This document shows positions 1-12,234 of a DNA stretch of 64,000 nt, in pieces. A program made the position numbers and the translations under genes. The notes beneath the pieces were generated by a model. It did no database searches and had not been told where the DNA came from. It saw only the letters and a program-made list of their open reading frames with translations. Where the stretch lies: assembly GCA_964016885.1 (NCBI GenBank), contig CAXHJY010000899.1, forward strand, positions 62,001 to 126,000, given 5' to 3'. Positions within the stretch are counted from its first letter, which is position 1; each line of letters begins with the position of its first letter. Origin of the DNA: Eledone cirrhosa. Lineage: Eukaryota.

Positions 1-280
1 AGCTGGAATATTTACCCCTGTTACCATTCTCGTCATGAAAGACATAAAGACATTGGGTGCTGGCTGAGTGCTTTCTACTACTTTATCCAACAAATGAAAT
101 AGTGCATGCATGCACACACACACACACACACATCAAAGTGAATAGGTAGGATGGAACTTCCTTATACTAAGTTTCAACCCAACTAGATGTAAGGTGTGTT
201 TGGCCTGACAATACAGCTTCAACTCATAACCTTTCATTCAATGACTCCACACCCAAACCTCTGAGCCATAAACCTTTACT

Positions 281-747
281 CAACCCTTTTGATACCAAAT
301 TACCTGAAACGATTCTGATACAAGCCAATTTATTTTAAAGTGTTTGTAGTTATCTAAAACTTTCTATTATAATAACATTTGGGGACCAAGCCAACCTCAC
401 CTCCATGCAGTAGACCCAGGAAAAGCTGTTGTCATAATGCTTTGCTAATGAGGTTCTGTATATGAAAAAATATGTTGATGAATGATAATGATATACATAC
501 ATGCATACATACACATATATACATATATGTCCTAACTCTTCATTGCATATTTGCCAACCATCAGACATTATGTGGCAGGAAAAGAAAGAAAGAAGAACCT
601 TTGTGAAGTTATGATCCAAACATCAACTTGATAATGAGAAAGTTATTTATATCATTAACTCTCTCCAAATTCTTGATTATTTAAAAAAAAATATTTGTAA
701 ATTATAAGCAGTGTCTTTCATTAAAAATATATTAACAAAAGTATTAA
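281..747. mobile_element. decayed piggyBac-like MITE, family PB2 (interrupted by unrelated sequence ~380-590)
   Basis: Begins (c)aacccttttgatacc. Shares internal blocks (aagaacctttgt, ccaaacaYcaRctt, gaaagtta, gcagtgtctttcat) with 1446-1672, 12543-12800 and reverse copies at 22683-22915 and 62490-62732. Confidence 0.5.
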
Positions 748-1445
748 TTATTAATTAATTAAAAGAAAATAGATAATAAGGATGATATTTTTTCTTCTTC
801 CAAAAACTACAAAGATTCTAAAACTTCTAAAATATCTCCACTAAATAAATGAAAGAATATTATTTTCCAAACGAGTAATATAAGAAGTGGTTCTTGCTTT
901 ATATAATAACTTCCAGAGTGGATAGAACAGACAGCAATTAGAAATAGTCTAGATAGAAATAGTATGTAATCTCAGAATTTCAAAATGCTGACCTTGTTGC
1001 TATGAACTGAAGTTTACAGATGAAAGGAAAACAAGATTTTCTGTCAGCTATTATTACAAAGCTTTATTACTGCTATACAGAAATATATGTTCATGTTAGT
1101 TTAGAATAATAAGACAAGAACGAATAAAGTATTTTGAATTCTTAAAACATTTTGTATCTTCAACAATAGAAACAACAGAATTATAGATTGCTTTTAAAGG
1201 AGATAACATATGCTATAGTCAATGTTTGGCAGGTATTTTGACTGAAAATCATCTTAAGTATAAGACAGTTTTACTACCGCTTTGCATTGGGCCAAAGAAC
1301 AGTATAAAAGATGCTTGTTCTCAAAAGACATTTCTATACAAATATTGAATGCAGTAAATCACTTCTGCCTTTTTGTTTGAAGTATTTATACTTTTCACAA
1401 TCATACTGAGACAGAATTATAATCTTATTGAAATTTAAAAAATCT

Positions 1446-1672
1446 TTAACCCTTTTAATACCAAACTGCCCCTGGTTTTCTGATATTAACCTATTTCTTT
1501 TAAATTCTTTAAATTTATCTAAAAATCTTCCATCATAATCTTATGTAAGAACTTTTGTTAAATTATGCTCCAAACACCAGCTTAATATTGTGAAAGTTAG
1601 TTTTATAACTAAACCCTTCAAATTCTTGACTATTTTCAAAATCACGAGCAGTGTCTTTCATAAGTTAATAAC
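1446..1672. mobile_element. piggyBac-like MITE, family PB2
   Basis: TTAA+CCCTTTTAATACC start; body homologous to 281-747 and 12543-12800. Confidence 0.55.
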
Positions 1673-2199
1673 AGGGTCTGTGATGTATAGTTGTTGTCTG
1701 TGTTGTGTAGTTTGTTGTTGTCTGTGCTATAGTGTTTTTCTGCTAAAACTGGCATATGATAAGATAATTCTGTTTCCTCATATTTTATCCATTTAGGGTT
1801 AACCTGTGAGAAATTTTGGTAATCTCTAAAGCTTTGAAACAAAACAGTACAATAAGCACAAAGAGTGGATTTGAAGGCAAAAATTGCAATGATTCTGTGA
1901 TATAATAGTTAGCATATGTGTTCAGCAAAAAATATCTGGTTTACTTATTATTTGGAGGTCATTGTAATTTTTCAAACTGTAATATTGATATATGTATGCG
2001 AGTGCACACACGCATGTGTGTGCGTGTATGTATGTATGTGTATCTTCACAATCAGCTAGCTATACAGAAGTAATGAAAGTATCTTATTGCACGTAATAAT
2101 AGTTGTTAATCTTGAATACATGTGGGAATCATGTCGACAGCAATACAATAGAAATGAGGTTATAAATCAGTAACTAGTTACATCCTAGCTTAAGATAAA

Positions 2200-2234
2200 A
2201 GAGAAGAGAATGTAGGTATATGTGAACATGTAAG

Positions 2235-2309
<75 letters not shown>

Positions 2310-2720
2310 AAGAAGACATGTATGTGTGGAAGAAACTGCATTTATATGTGTGAGAAAGTATATATATGCATATGGGAGAATGTATGCATGTGTGTGTGTA
2401 TAAATAGGGGAGTATGTATAAGTATATGTGTGAGAAAATGTGTGTGTGTGTATGTGTATATATATATATAAATGGGGGATTATATATAAGTATGTGTGAG
2501 AGAATGTATGCATGTGTGTGTGTGTGTATATATATATGTATGTGTATATATGTGTGTGTATATATATATATGTATATGGGGGAGTGTATGTATGTTTGAG
2601 AGAATGTATGCATGTGTGTGTATGTGTATGTATATGTAAGTGTATATATGTGTGTGTATGTATATATATATATATGGGAGAGTGTATGTAAGTATGTTTG
2701 AGAGAATGTATGCATGTGTG
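2200..2720. repeat. compound microsatellite: long pure (GT)n at ~2238-2307 followed by GT/AT-rich units containing gagagaatgtatgcatgtgtg
   Basis: Directly visible; explains the His/Thr/Tyr and Cys/Val ORFs. Confidence 0.95.
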
Positions 2721-3289
2721 GACAGGTCCATTGCAAGTTTGATAATAGACCAGATGTGAAAAGTAGAGGCTGTTTCAAACTTCTTGTTAAATATTTTAGT
2801 AATTAGTGCTAAATTCATATGATTTATGCATGGATGACATGTGTATGTGCATGTAGTGTAGTGTAGTGTAGTGTAGTGTACATGATTAAGTTAGTAATAA
2901 GACAGAATAATTAGCTAAAATTAAAGAAGAGTAGCCCTCATTCCCCCAAAAAGATAAAATCTGTCCCACCCTCTGATCTGGACAGTGGGAGGGTATATAT
3001 ATGTGTGGGAGAGTGTATATATAATTTTGTGTGAAGGTGTTTATGTATGTGTGTGTGTACAGGACAAGAAATCCATGTGTAAAATATTACATACTTCCTG
3101 AGATTCGCCAACACTACACCTGATATCCCCCCTCCATACACACGCACACATGTATATCATGACTCATACACTGTTCACTTTCCTAACATTTGTTACATTA
3201 TTCTGTTTACTATACATGTACCTTTGATGAGTTGTAGTGCACCTGAGCACTGTACACAATAATTTCATTATTATTATTATTATTAAGAG

Positions 3290-3700
3290 CATATGTATGC
3301 ATGGGAGAGAGTATATATGTATGTGTGGAGGTGTGTCTGTATGTGTAGAAGAATATATGTATGTGTGTGGGGTAGTACACTTGTGTGTGGGGTAGTACAC
3401 TTGTGTGTGGGGGGAGGGGGTAGTACATCTGTGTGTGTGGAGTGCTATATGTAGGTGTATATGTGGAGGTGTATGCATATGTGTAGAAGAATATATGTAT
3501 GTATGTAAGGTAGTACACATGTGTGGGGGAGGTAGTACACCTGTGTGTAGGGGGCTAGTATACCTGTGTGTGTTTGTGGGTGTGTGCTATATGTAGGTGT
3601 ATGTGAAATTGTATGTGTGAGAAAGTGTGAGAGAAAGAGCACATGTGTGTGTGTAAGAGGGAATATGTATGTAAGTGTATATGTATGTTTGCAGTGTAAA
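3290..3700. repeat. microsatellite-derived low-complexity region with ~20-bp units ggtagtacacYtgtgtgtgg
   Basis: ggtagtacac/gtagtacat recurs at ~3371, 3391, 3419, 3509, 3531. Confidence 0.85.
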
Positions 3701-4139
3701 CATACCAATTAATACATTATGACTTTATTCTAGGACAATAGCTCTGTGGTATGTAATGAAAAAAAAACATTTGCAATAATAATTGCCTGGATAAAATAAC
3801 GAGCCTTTAAGTTATAGTATAGTAATTAACAAACTTCATAAAAGCACTAAATATCCAAGACACATATCTACACAAAAGCATCCACCTAGTCCTACATTCT
3901 TTTAAATGATATTCAGATTATATGTAGGTATGTCATTAGGCAACTAGTTAGCTCATTAAACACATGTAATGCTCAGATGCAGCAATCTCAGAGGATATCC
4001 ATATGATATTTTATGAGGGTCTTAGCACAAGCCAAGCATTCTTGTCGTGACTATTGCATAAGTTTTCTGCAATTTGTGTTTACTGTATTATCCTTATCAT
4101 CATCACCATCAGCACACACTGTAAAGTGTGTGCTGTGAG

Positions 4140-4765
4140 CATGATTTCTATGACTGGATGCTCTTCCTAATCCCAAACACTTTACAGTATGTGCTGGGAG
4201 CATGATTTCTATGACTAGATGCTCTTCCTAATCCCAAACACTTTACAGTATGTGCTGGGAGCATGATTTCTATGACTGGATGCTCTTCCTAATCCCAAAC
4301 ACTTTACAGTATGTGCTGGGAGCATGATTTCTATGACTGGATGCTCTTCCTAATCCCAAACACTTTACAGTATGTGCTGGGAGCATGATTTCTATGACTA
4401 GATGCTCTTCCTAATCCCAAACACTTTACAGTATGTGCTGGGAGCATGATTTCTATGACTGGATGCTCTTCCTAATCCCAAACACTTTACAGTATGTGCT
4501 GGGAGCATGATTTCTATGACTGGATGCTCTTCCTAATCCCAAACACTTTACAGTATGTGCTGGGAGCATGATTTCTATGACTAGATGCTCTTCCTAACAC
4601 CAGTCGCTTTACAGTATGTACTGGGAGCATGATTTCTATGACTGGATCCCCTTTCTAATTCCAAACTCGTTAAGGTATGTACTGGGAGTATGGTTTATAT
4701 GGCTGGATGCCCTTCCTAACACCAGTCGCTTTACAGTATGTACTGGGAGCATGTTATCATGACTG
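4140..4765 (-). repeat. 61-bp minisatellite (10 units plus partial) derived from the RTE/SINE 3' UTR
   Basis: Unit catgatttctatgactRgatgctcttcctaatcccaaacactttacagtatgtgctgggag starts at 4140, 4201, 4262 ... 4689. It matches gatttctacagctggatgcccttcctaacaccaacctcatttacagtgagtgctggg of the LINE at 34130-34187. Confidence 0.95.
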
Positions 4766-4875
4766 AGGCATTACCACCATTAGGGTGGAATGGGTGCTTT
4801 TTATCCTAGCACTAATGCTGTCACCTTACAGAGTGGAGTAGGTGTTTTTGTCATGGCACATGAAATAATAAGGGT

Positions 4876-5009
4876 TTCTGATTTAGGCACAAGGCCAACA
4901 ATTTGTTGGGGGGTGAAAGTCGATTAAATCGAACCCAGTGTGTTACTGGTACTTTATTTTATCGAGCACGTGAGGTTAAAAGGCAAAGCTAACCTTGGCG
5001 GGATTTGAA
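4876..5009 (-). mobile_element. SINE family S2 fragment
   Basis: ttaggcacaaggcc...ctggtactttattttatcga...aaaggcaaagctaaccttggcgggatttgaa, matching 61796-61981. Confidence 0.8.
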
Positions 5010-6404
5010 ATAATAATAGATTCTCTACAGATATTGTATTTGAGCATGGAGGATAAGGTGTCAGTCAATCACTGAAAGTAATCAATGGTTTGTATTTAGC
5101 CACCAGTGCTACATTGTGTCCATCATCTTCATTTGGCAACCCCAGTTGGAGCAAATATCACAGTTCTTCCCCAGAATTCATGATCCTGCTCTATATCACC
5201 AAGATCTATCTGTGTAGGAGACTTTGTGATCCCAACTCCCCCTCCAACTTTAAGCTAGCTGAGATCTCTAAAGGAGAAATGATGATACTACCTCATCTTT
5301 TACTCTAAAGAAATGCCCAACAAATTTTACCTTACATTACCTCACTGTTTGTGAGGTGAACTGTGAAGTCCCACACACTTGTTTTAGTGTTGGATGTGTT
5401 TTCTAGAAAGGTTTTATACCCTATATAGAAGTCAAGTATAGCAGCCGTCCAGTCATTTTTTTTAAAGGTTTATAACAAGTGTCCTTGTCTCTGAGTTATA
5501 CAAGTGGCCAAGACACATAACTCTGAAGTGGTCCATAACCAACTCACTAAAAATAGATATCACAGCATAAGAACAACTCACAGTATTGTGATATTGGCAA
5601 GTAGCTGGTTATCTTCCAGTCCCAAGTTCAACTCCTTTTTTAGGCATAGCTTTGGAGAGAAGTTGTTTCTTGCCAAGCTGATTTTCTTAAGATACTCACT
5701 CTACATGAAGAAACAATATTCAGCTGTATTCCCAACCCAATATGTTATACAAAAACAACTGAAATATGTATTGAGTACTTACATTTTTCTTCTTTTTTTT
5801 TTTGGCATAAACTCATAAATTATGTACACAAATGTCATATACATCTATAATTATGAAGATTTATAATTATCAATATTAATTTGTTTTTCTTTTGTTATGT
5901 TAAGGCACTCCATTTCAGTGAAACCTTTTTCTTCTCAAAGCTCACAAAATAGGAATGATTAATACAATACAATTGCTGTCTGTCCTTATCTGCTTACTAA
6001 ACACAGTGCAAATGAATAAAGAAGAATTCAAGGATCAAAATACAAATGAACCTCCCAACAGATGTTGTTGGTTCTACATAAAAAAAAACTATATTCACTA
6101 TATCCCTACCTATATATCTATACACCCTTCCTTTCCATTACCCTACACAGAAGAAATATTTGACCTAATAGTAATCAAAATGTTAGCAAATGAAAACAAA
6201 GGGAATATTTTTCTCCACATACATAGTCAGTATATGAATGTATTTTGTCACTACTAAACTTATTATAACTACTAATAGCTGATTGAAATTATGTTGCTAT
6301 GTAGTTTGAGAGAGAGAGTGTGTGGGGTGGGGGCATTCAAATATATTTCTATCGCATTTTGTGATTTCATTTTTTGAAATAACTATATGTATGTGTGTGT
6401 ATGC

Positions 6405-6455
<51 letters not shown>

Positions 6456-6795
6456 CATCATTATCATCACCATTTAATGTCCATTTTCCCATGCTATCAT
6501 GGGTTAGACAAGTTGTCCTGTTGTGAGCAATACTAGGTCAGGTGACCATGTCTTGCTCATACAGAACTGATATATATATGTGTGTGTGTGTGTGTGTGTC
6601 TATCATCATTATCATTATCATCATTTAATGTTCGTTTTCCCTGCTAACAAGGGTTGGCCATGTTGTCACAGTCTAGTCAGTACTCAAGCAGATCCTCTCA
6701 CCTCCAGGTAGGCCAGTGGCCCTACATATCATCTCATGCTTTATAGAGTGCATTGCAAGTGAGAAAATAGAAATTAAATGGTGAAAATGATGATG

Positions 6796-7028
6796 ATCAT
6801 CATCATCATCGCCGTTTTACGTCCATTCTTCTATGCTAGCATCGGTTAGACGGGTTGTCCTGTTGTGGGCAATGCCAGGTCAGGTAACCATGTCTTGCTC
6901 ATACAGAACTGATTTGGGCTTGATTTCTACAACTGGATGCCCTTCCTAACACCAACCTCATTTACAGTGTGGATTGGGTGCTTTTTTGTCGTGACATCCA
7001 CACGACCACTTTACAGTGGGAGGTGGGT
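6796..7028 (-). mobile_element. RTE subfamily A 3' UTR/tail fragment; shorter tail pieces also at ~6455-6570 and ~6603-6750
   Basis: (CAT)n gccgttttacgtccattcttctatgctagcatcggttagacgggttgtcctgttgtggg, nearly identical to 34009-34210. Confidence 0.85.
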
Positions 7029-7440
7029 ATATAATATTTGATAAAGAAACAAAATTTTAATAACACCACCACCACAACAACAAAACATTACATCATGTTA
7101 GAATATTAAACTTCCTAGTTGTGGTTGTTTTCTAGTTAACAGGGTTGAAACTCAAGCAAGCAAACAAAGTGGTTAAAAATAAAGGTAGTTAACATTTTAA
7201 AAGTTGGGTATGATTCCGAGCAAGATGATTGGATAACATTCATGAGCTTGGTTGGTCTTGCTTGTGGATCCAACCAGATCAATTGCAGATAGTTGTTTCT
7301 GACAGGACCTGCTGGTAGGCGTGCTTGAGGACTCTGCTCCCATGAACCACCTAGGAGTAAGTGGGCGAAGTAGGAGAGAAAGGTAAATTTATTTTTAAAT
7401 TTGGAGGGAAGCAACTGTGACTCCTGTCTTTATATAACTA

Positions 7441-7778
7441 CTCTCGGGTCCCAAATAATGAGGGGGTTAACCTTTGCTTAAATTCTTATAAACCGGAGGG
7501 GTGGAATAAACGGAGGGGGGGGGGCAGGAAACCGGTAATTGTATAGTGTACATTCGTAAATATGCGATTTCTTGTAATGTTCTTTTTTTTGTCATATACA
7601 ATGTTTTTTTAATGTAAAATAAAATTATTATTATTAGATTCTCCAGCTGCTATATCGATATGAATCATTTACAATAAAATTTCGCCAGAATTTAGGGGGG
7701 GGGGGTAAATGTAGGAGGGGGGGGGGGTCTGAAAAATTAATAAGCAGGGGTGGGGGACAATTATTCAAGACCTGATAG
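7441..7778. mobile_element. TA-flanked MITE (Tc/mariner-like) with G-run-rich interior
   Basis: TA|ctctcgggtcccaaataat ... attattcaagacctgatag|TA: imperfect 19-bp TIR and TA target duplication. Confidence 0.7.
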
Positions 7779-8064
7779 TATATGGTGGTTTAATATTTCA
7801 AACACATATAGACTCCCTACTTTAAATATAGTAAGAGGTTTCTTCAAAGAGAGTTCATTGTTGAGAGACGACAAAAAGAGAAAGAAATGATTGTTTGTAA
7901 TATTCATGCCTTTCTCTAAAACAGGGATGGGGGGGGGGGGACCTCTGATCTGTGGCAAAATAAAATTTGAAAATGCCCACTGATGAAATTACTAAAAACT
8001 TGTATGAAATAAAAAAAAAAAAAAAAGAATGTTGACCTCTTGGTCAAAACAGTCATTTTATATA

Positions 8065-8546
8065 CCATATTTACTCACATATAAGCTGAGAAATATGTGA
8101 CTCCCCAAAAAATTGATGGCAAAATGGGAGTTGACTTATATTTGAGGTAATGTTTTGCTGATTTTCACTAACTTCAAAATTCTATGAAAATGAGGTGTTC
8201 TTATATTTTTTCGCTTTTGAGGTGAATATTGCACAAGTTTCACTTTGTAGGTATTATACCAGTTTCACTTTCAACATGAAATTCGTATTTACTATTGGTT
8301 TTGATATGTTTTGAATGAATATGGCTTTCAAAACAGTCAGAAATCAGTAAAATATTAAGAATAAACAATATTAAAACTTTATAAATATATTTTCCACTTA
8401 TAAAAATTTCAAAACTGTGCAGTCTAAACATAATGTGTTGATTACCTTACTTGGCTTATAAAGGGGGTTTGGATTTTTGCCTATTTCTCTAACATAAAAT
8501 AGGGGTCAGCTTATATTCAGATTGGCTTATTTTCGAGTATATACAG
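8065..8546. mobile_element. pogo/Tc2-type non-autonomous DNA transposon (MITE)
   Basis: TA|ccatatttactcacatataagctga ... ttggcttattttcgagtatatacag|TA. Subterminal gRcttatatt repeats are typical of CCGTATWT-ended Tc2/pogo elements. Confidence 0.75.
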
Positions 8547-9439
8547 TAAGTTGTAAAACTATCAATTTGAAAATTTATAATTCCTTATTTTTTCACAGTA
8601 GAGATGTGTCCTAAAAGATTAAACAGGTGTAAAACAGTGATGGTGATGATATACTCAAGAAATTGCAATTCACTCCTGGTACTAGAAAGATGTCCCATCT
8701 ATGATCCAAAGTAATATTGAAGTGAAATTATTTTAGCTAGGAAAGAAATCTGAGTTGCTGACAAAGCTTGCCAGAATCTTGTCATCACTCTATATCACTA
8801 GCAACCATCCTGGTACAATAGTTATCATTAAATCAACTGGAATTCTGCAAGCAAAGCAACAAGAATGCAGTAGTAGCAGTTAAATTAATGCATTAGCAAG
8901 ATATTCTGCAGTTTCTCAGCTATCTGCAGTTTACTGTTGCATTGCAACTAGCATTCCCAAGATTTACATTGTTATATATTGACTCAGACTATATGCTGGC
9001 TTTGTGCAATACATTATATATTGCTTGCTGTTGGAGACAACAATAAAAACATATCTGTTGCACATGTGCAGCTATGCAAATCAAGTCTATGTGACCCAGT
9101 TTCAATTTCCGGTTTGAGTTATTTTGCTCCAATACTTTTGTGGAGACCAATTAAGTCTAAATTTTCTAGTTAACTAATTCTTTTTGGGTGTAACTAGACA
9201 AGAATGACAAAACTATGGCTGGAAAGTTGGTAATAAAATACATAAGAAGCAAATTAGGCCAATGATATGAAAAGTTTTTTTCTTTATATAACAATCACAC
9301 TTATTTTACAGAGCTATCTAATCTAGTTCATTTTACACACAAATCTAACCTTGGTTATTCTATACATGTATCTAACTCAGCTTATCCTACACACCTGTTT
9401 AATCACAGTCAATATGTATTTTGTTTTGTTTTTTTAAAA

Positions 9440-9605
9440 GCCCAGGCCAAGCTAACTCTGATCAAGAAATCCTATGATCAAATACATATCAGCTATGATT
9501 AATCAGTCTTTTCTTCTAAAATACTTTATGCAAAATGTCTTTTTTTAAAGAATGCATTGTATGATTTGAGGGAAATTTGACTGCTGTTTCTTGCAGGTGA
9601 AACAA
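9440..9605. repeat. dispersed ~220-bp unclassified repeat family R3
   Basis: Motifs cctatgatcaaa...tttgagggaRatttgRctgctRtttct.gcagg are shared with 11910-12310, 26290-26495 and 32470-32539, and in reverse with 12975-13160, 22990-23165 and 63570-63770. Confidence 0.7.
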
Positions 9606-10212
9606 CTCACTGGCTTGCAGACAATTATGTTGATGACAATAGTGATGGTGATAACGATAACAACATCAATTTCCAGATGACATTGCTTTCACGTGGTTGG
9701 GTTGACAATCACCTGGTGACAAATCATACAAACTCTCCTCTACTTTCTAAACAGATTTTAGCATCTTTGATGCAGACTAACCTTGCCAATGAAATGAGAA
9801 TGGGAGATGCCAAGAGAAATTAAGGATACCCCCACACATCATGTATGAGCTTAGAGCCACCGTACCTATATCTGCTGATGAAGAAGGGTACTGCTGTTAG
9901 AAAGAATTCTGAAAACACCACAAAGCTATACAACACTTGTAGCAAATATATCAACAAACAATTGTAACAAGATGCTCATTAGACATTCACTGAAAAATGC
10001 TGCAGATTCCTTTGCCTGGACCCAGGTGACAAAGGAGAAGGAAAAAAAGAGGCAGATAAGGTTTATACAGTAGGTGATACTGTTGGAAAGTGAAATAGAA
10101 GATGATGATGCTGAGGACTGTTTATAGTTATCTCATTTAAATCCAGATCCGCTCATGTTTATCTCGCTCTAATTAAAAGCAAATATGTTCATAATGGTGC
10201 TATGTTGATGAT

Positions 10213-10432
10213 ATCATCACCATTTAATGTCTATTTTCCATGCTTGCATGGGTTAGACGACTGTCATTTGCTGAGGCCTGACTGGTCAGGTGACTGGATC
10301 CTGCACATACACTTTATTTTGGCTTGACTTCTGCAGTTGGATGCCCTTCCTAATGCCAACCACTTTACATGGCTGGATGCCCTTCCTAACACCAACCACT
10401 TTACAGCATGTACTGGGAGCATTTTATCATGA
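10213..10432 (-). mobile_element. RTE-type 3' tail fragment with an internal partial duplication of the 61-bp module
   Basis: atcatcaccatttaatgtctattttccatgcttgcatgggttagacg...; tggatgcccttcctaa occurs twice. Confidence 0.75.
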
Positions 10433-10545
10433 CTCAATTGTATATTAATAACAAAATATGTTTTGAGATACCCTCAGATATATACATGTGGTTATCAATA
10501 CTAATATTATTGGGATATTGAGAAAACTAATAACATTGACATACT

Positions 10546-10790
10546 GGCAACAACATGGCTGAATGGTTAATCATTAGGTCCCAGGTTCAATCCCACTGTA
10601 TGGCAACTAGTGCATCATTTACCATAGCATTGGATTGACTCATCCTTGTGAGTAAAACTGTTTGGAAGCTTGTCAAATAAACTGCACTTGTTAATTCAAA
10701 GGACTAGCTTTGTCATACACTGTGTCATGCTGAATCTCACTGAGAATTATACTATTGGTACACATGTCTGAGGAATGCTCAGCCACTTGC
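10546..10790 (+). mobile_element. tRNA-headed SINE family S3 (octopus-type); related copies at ~17723-17890 (+), 28310-28610 (-), 32085-32370 (+), 37390-37660 (-), 46180-46455 (-)
   Basis: A-box-like tggctgaatggttaa and B-box-like ggttcaatccc. Shared ccttgtgagt and gtcatgctgaatctc..tgagaatt motifs. Confidence 0.65.
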
Positions 10791-10916
10791 ATTTTTTTTA
10801 ACAACAGGAATAGTCAACATGAAAACCAACAGAGGTCAATTCCGTATATTGACAAACAAAGGCAAGGGAATTTAAAATCAAATGAAATAAATGAATATGT
10901 AAATAAATAAATAATA

Positions 10917-10995
10917 CAGGGTATCCCCCAAAAATGCATACATACTTTAACAGCATTCTAATAAATGTGTGTATACATTTTTGGGAGACACCCTG
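10917..10995. mobile_element. 79-bp mariner/Tc1-type mini-MITE
   Basis: TA|cagggtatcccccaaaaatgcataca ... tgtatacatttttgggagacaccctg|TA; ~30-bp TIRs with a short spacer. Confidence 0.85.
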
Positions 10996-11175
10996 TATAT
11001 TAATTAAATTTGAAACTAGTTAATGAGATATGGGCAGTAATTGTGTTGGTGGTGGAAGAGAATCATAGCAACTTTAACTGGTGGCATAAATTTATCTATA
11101 AATAATTAAGCTTAAGATTTCTACAGATATTAATTAGCTCAAAGATTAACACAGATTAAGCAATAAATGACATAC

Positions 11176-11340
11176 CTGTACTATACATGATTATACAGAC
11201 CCAGTTGAGTTGAGGAAACATTGTGATGAATTTTTTTAAAAAAATCATAAAATTTCCAGCTTACCTGTAATAAAATTAAAAAAAGAAAAATAATTATTGA
11301 AGAAGAAGAAAAAGAAAAGAAAAAGAAGAAGAAGAAGATA
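11176..11340 (-). promoter_or_regulatory. candidate recursive splice site (long Y-tract-TTACAG|GTAAGC at 11265/11264) with a downstream CAG|GTATGT donor
   Basis: Plus strand reads cttacctgtaataaaattaaaaaaagaaaaa at 11260-11290 and acatacctg at 11170-11178. Confidence 0.35.
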
Positions 11341-11629
11341 GAGGAGGAGGAAGATGGGGGAGGAGGAGTTGTAGAATATGCATTTAGAAACAATGCTGAG
11401 GTGACTATTGTTGTTAGATGTTGAAAGAAATGTAGGACTGATATGAAGAGTTCTCTCTCTTTCCAATTTGTAATTTCCAAATAATTTTAAAAATTAAGTA
11501 TATGCCATAAGATAACATTGTAAAGTTAGACAAAATAATATTTAAATGAAACAGAAAAAGAAAAAAAGAGAATTAAGCAACGAAGAAAAGGGAAAGAGGA
11601 GGACAGACTCTACACTCCAATCTATGTGG

Positions 11630-11890
11630 TGATTTGGTCATGCTCCGTAGACAGAATGGTGAAGACATTGCTATGGAGAATGACCAGCCGTATCCAATTT
11701 TGAGAAGGAAATTGGCACTGTGGGGACCAAGAACACCAGAGGTCTCGACGGTGACTGGAACAAAAAGGAAGCAGTCGGACAAACCCCAGTATTTGTGTAT
11801 CCTCGTCTCCTCTGCATTGAGACCAGCAGTGCCAAGGTTTGTATCTGAAGCAACAAGGCTGGAGGTAGAGAACTAGTCACAACACATTGT
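11630..11890 (-). mobile_element. 3' fragment of an RLE-type (CRE-like) non-LTR retrotransposon, restriction-like endonuclease domain
   Basis: Translation FSTSSLVASDTNLGTAGLNAEETRIHKYWGLSDCFLFVPVTVETSGVLGPHSANFLLKIG...SNVFTILS fits the RLE pattern AE..K..KY..L...F.P..VET.G..G. Confidence 0.75.
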
Positions 11891-12040
11891 GTATTTATAT
11901 TTGTTGTTGTTCTTTATCAGGTCAGTCTTGATAGAGCAGACCAGTGATGAAAACTGTTTCAACTACAACGATCACTTTCTTTGCTTTTTCAATCATAAGT
12001 GTATCTAAGGATACATTATCTAATGTGTCCTTCCTCTCTT

Positions 12041-12234
12041 TTAACCCTTTAGCATTTACTATTGTATTTTCACAGAATAGGCTTTACCTCACAATTATCT
12101 CACATCATATTGAATCTATGAGATTTTGATATTTATTTTAACATAACTATGAGCAGCCGGTTACAGCCAGTTTGAACAGAAAGGGGTGAGAGAATTCTGG
12201 CCAGATATGGCCAATTTCATTGCTAAAGGGTTAA
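12041..12234. mobile_element. piggyBac-like MITE, family PB1, nested in an R3 repeat
   Basis: TTAA|ccctttagca ... tgctaaaggg|TTAA. Confidence 0.9.

Noticed and set aside
2185-3708. ORFs of up to 197 aa rich in H/T/Y or C/V
   Set aside because: Translations of (CA)n/(TA)n microsatellites.
4140-4765. CRISPR-like regular array
   Set aside because: Units are contiguous with no unique spacers, derive from a LINE UTR, and there are no cas genes in this eukaryotic context.
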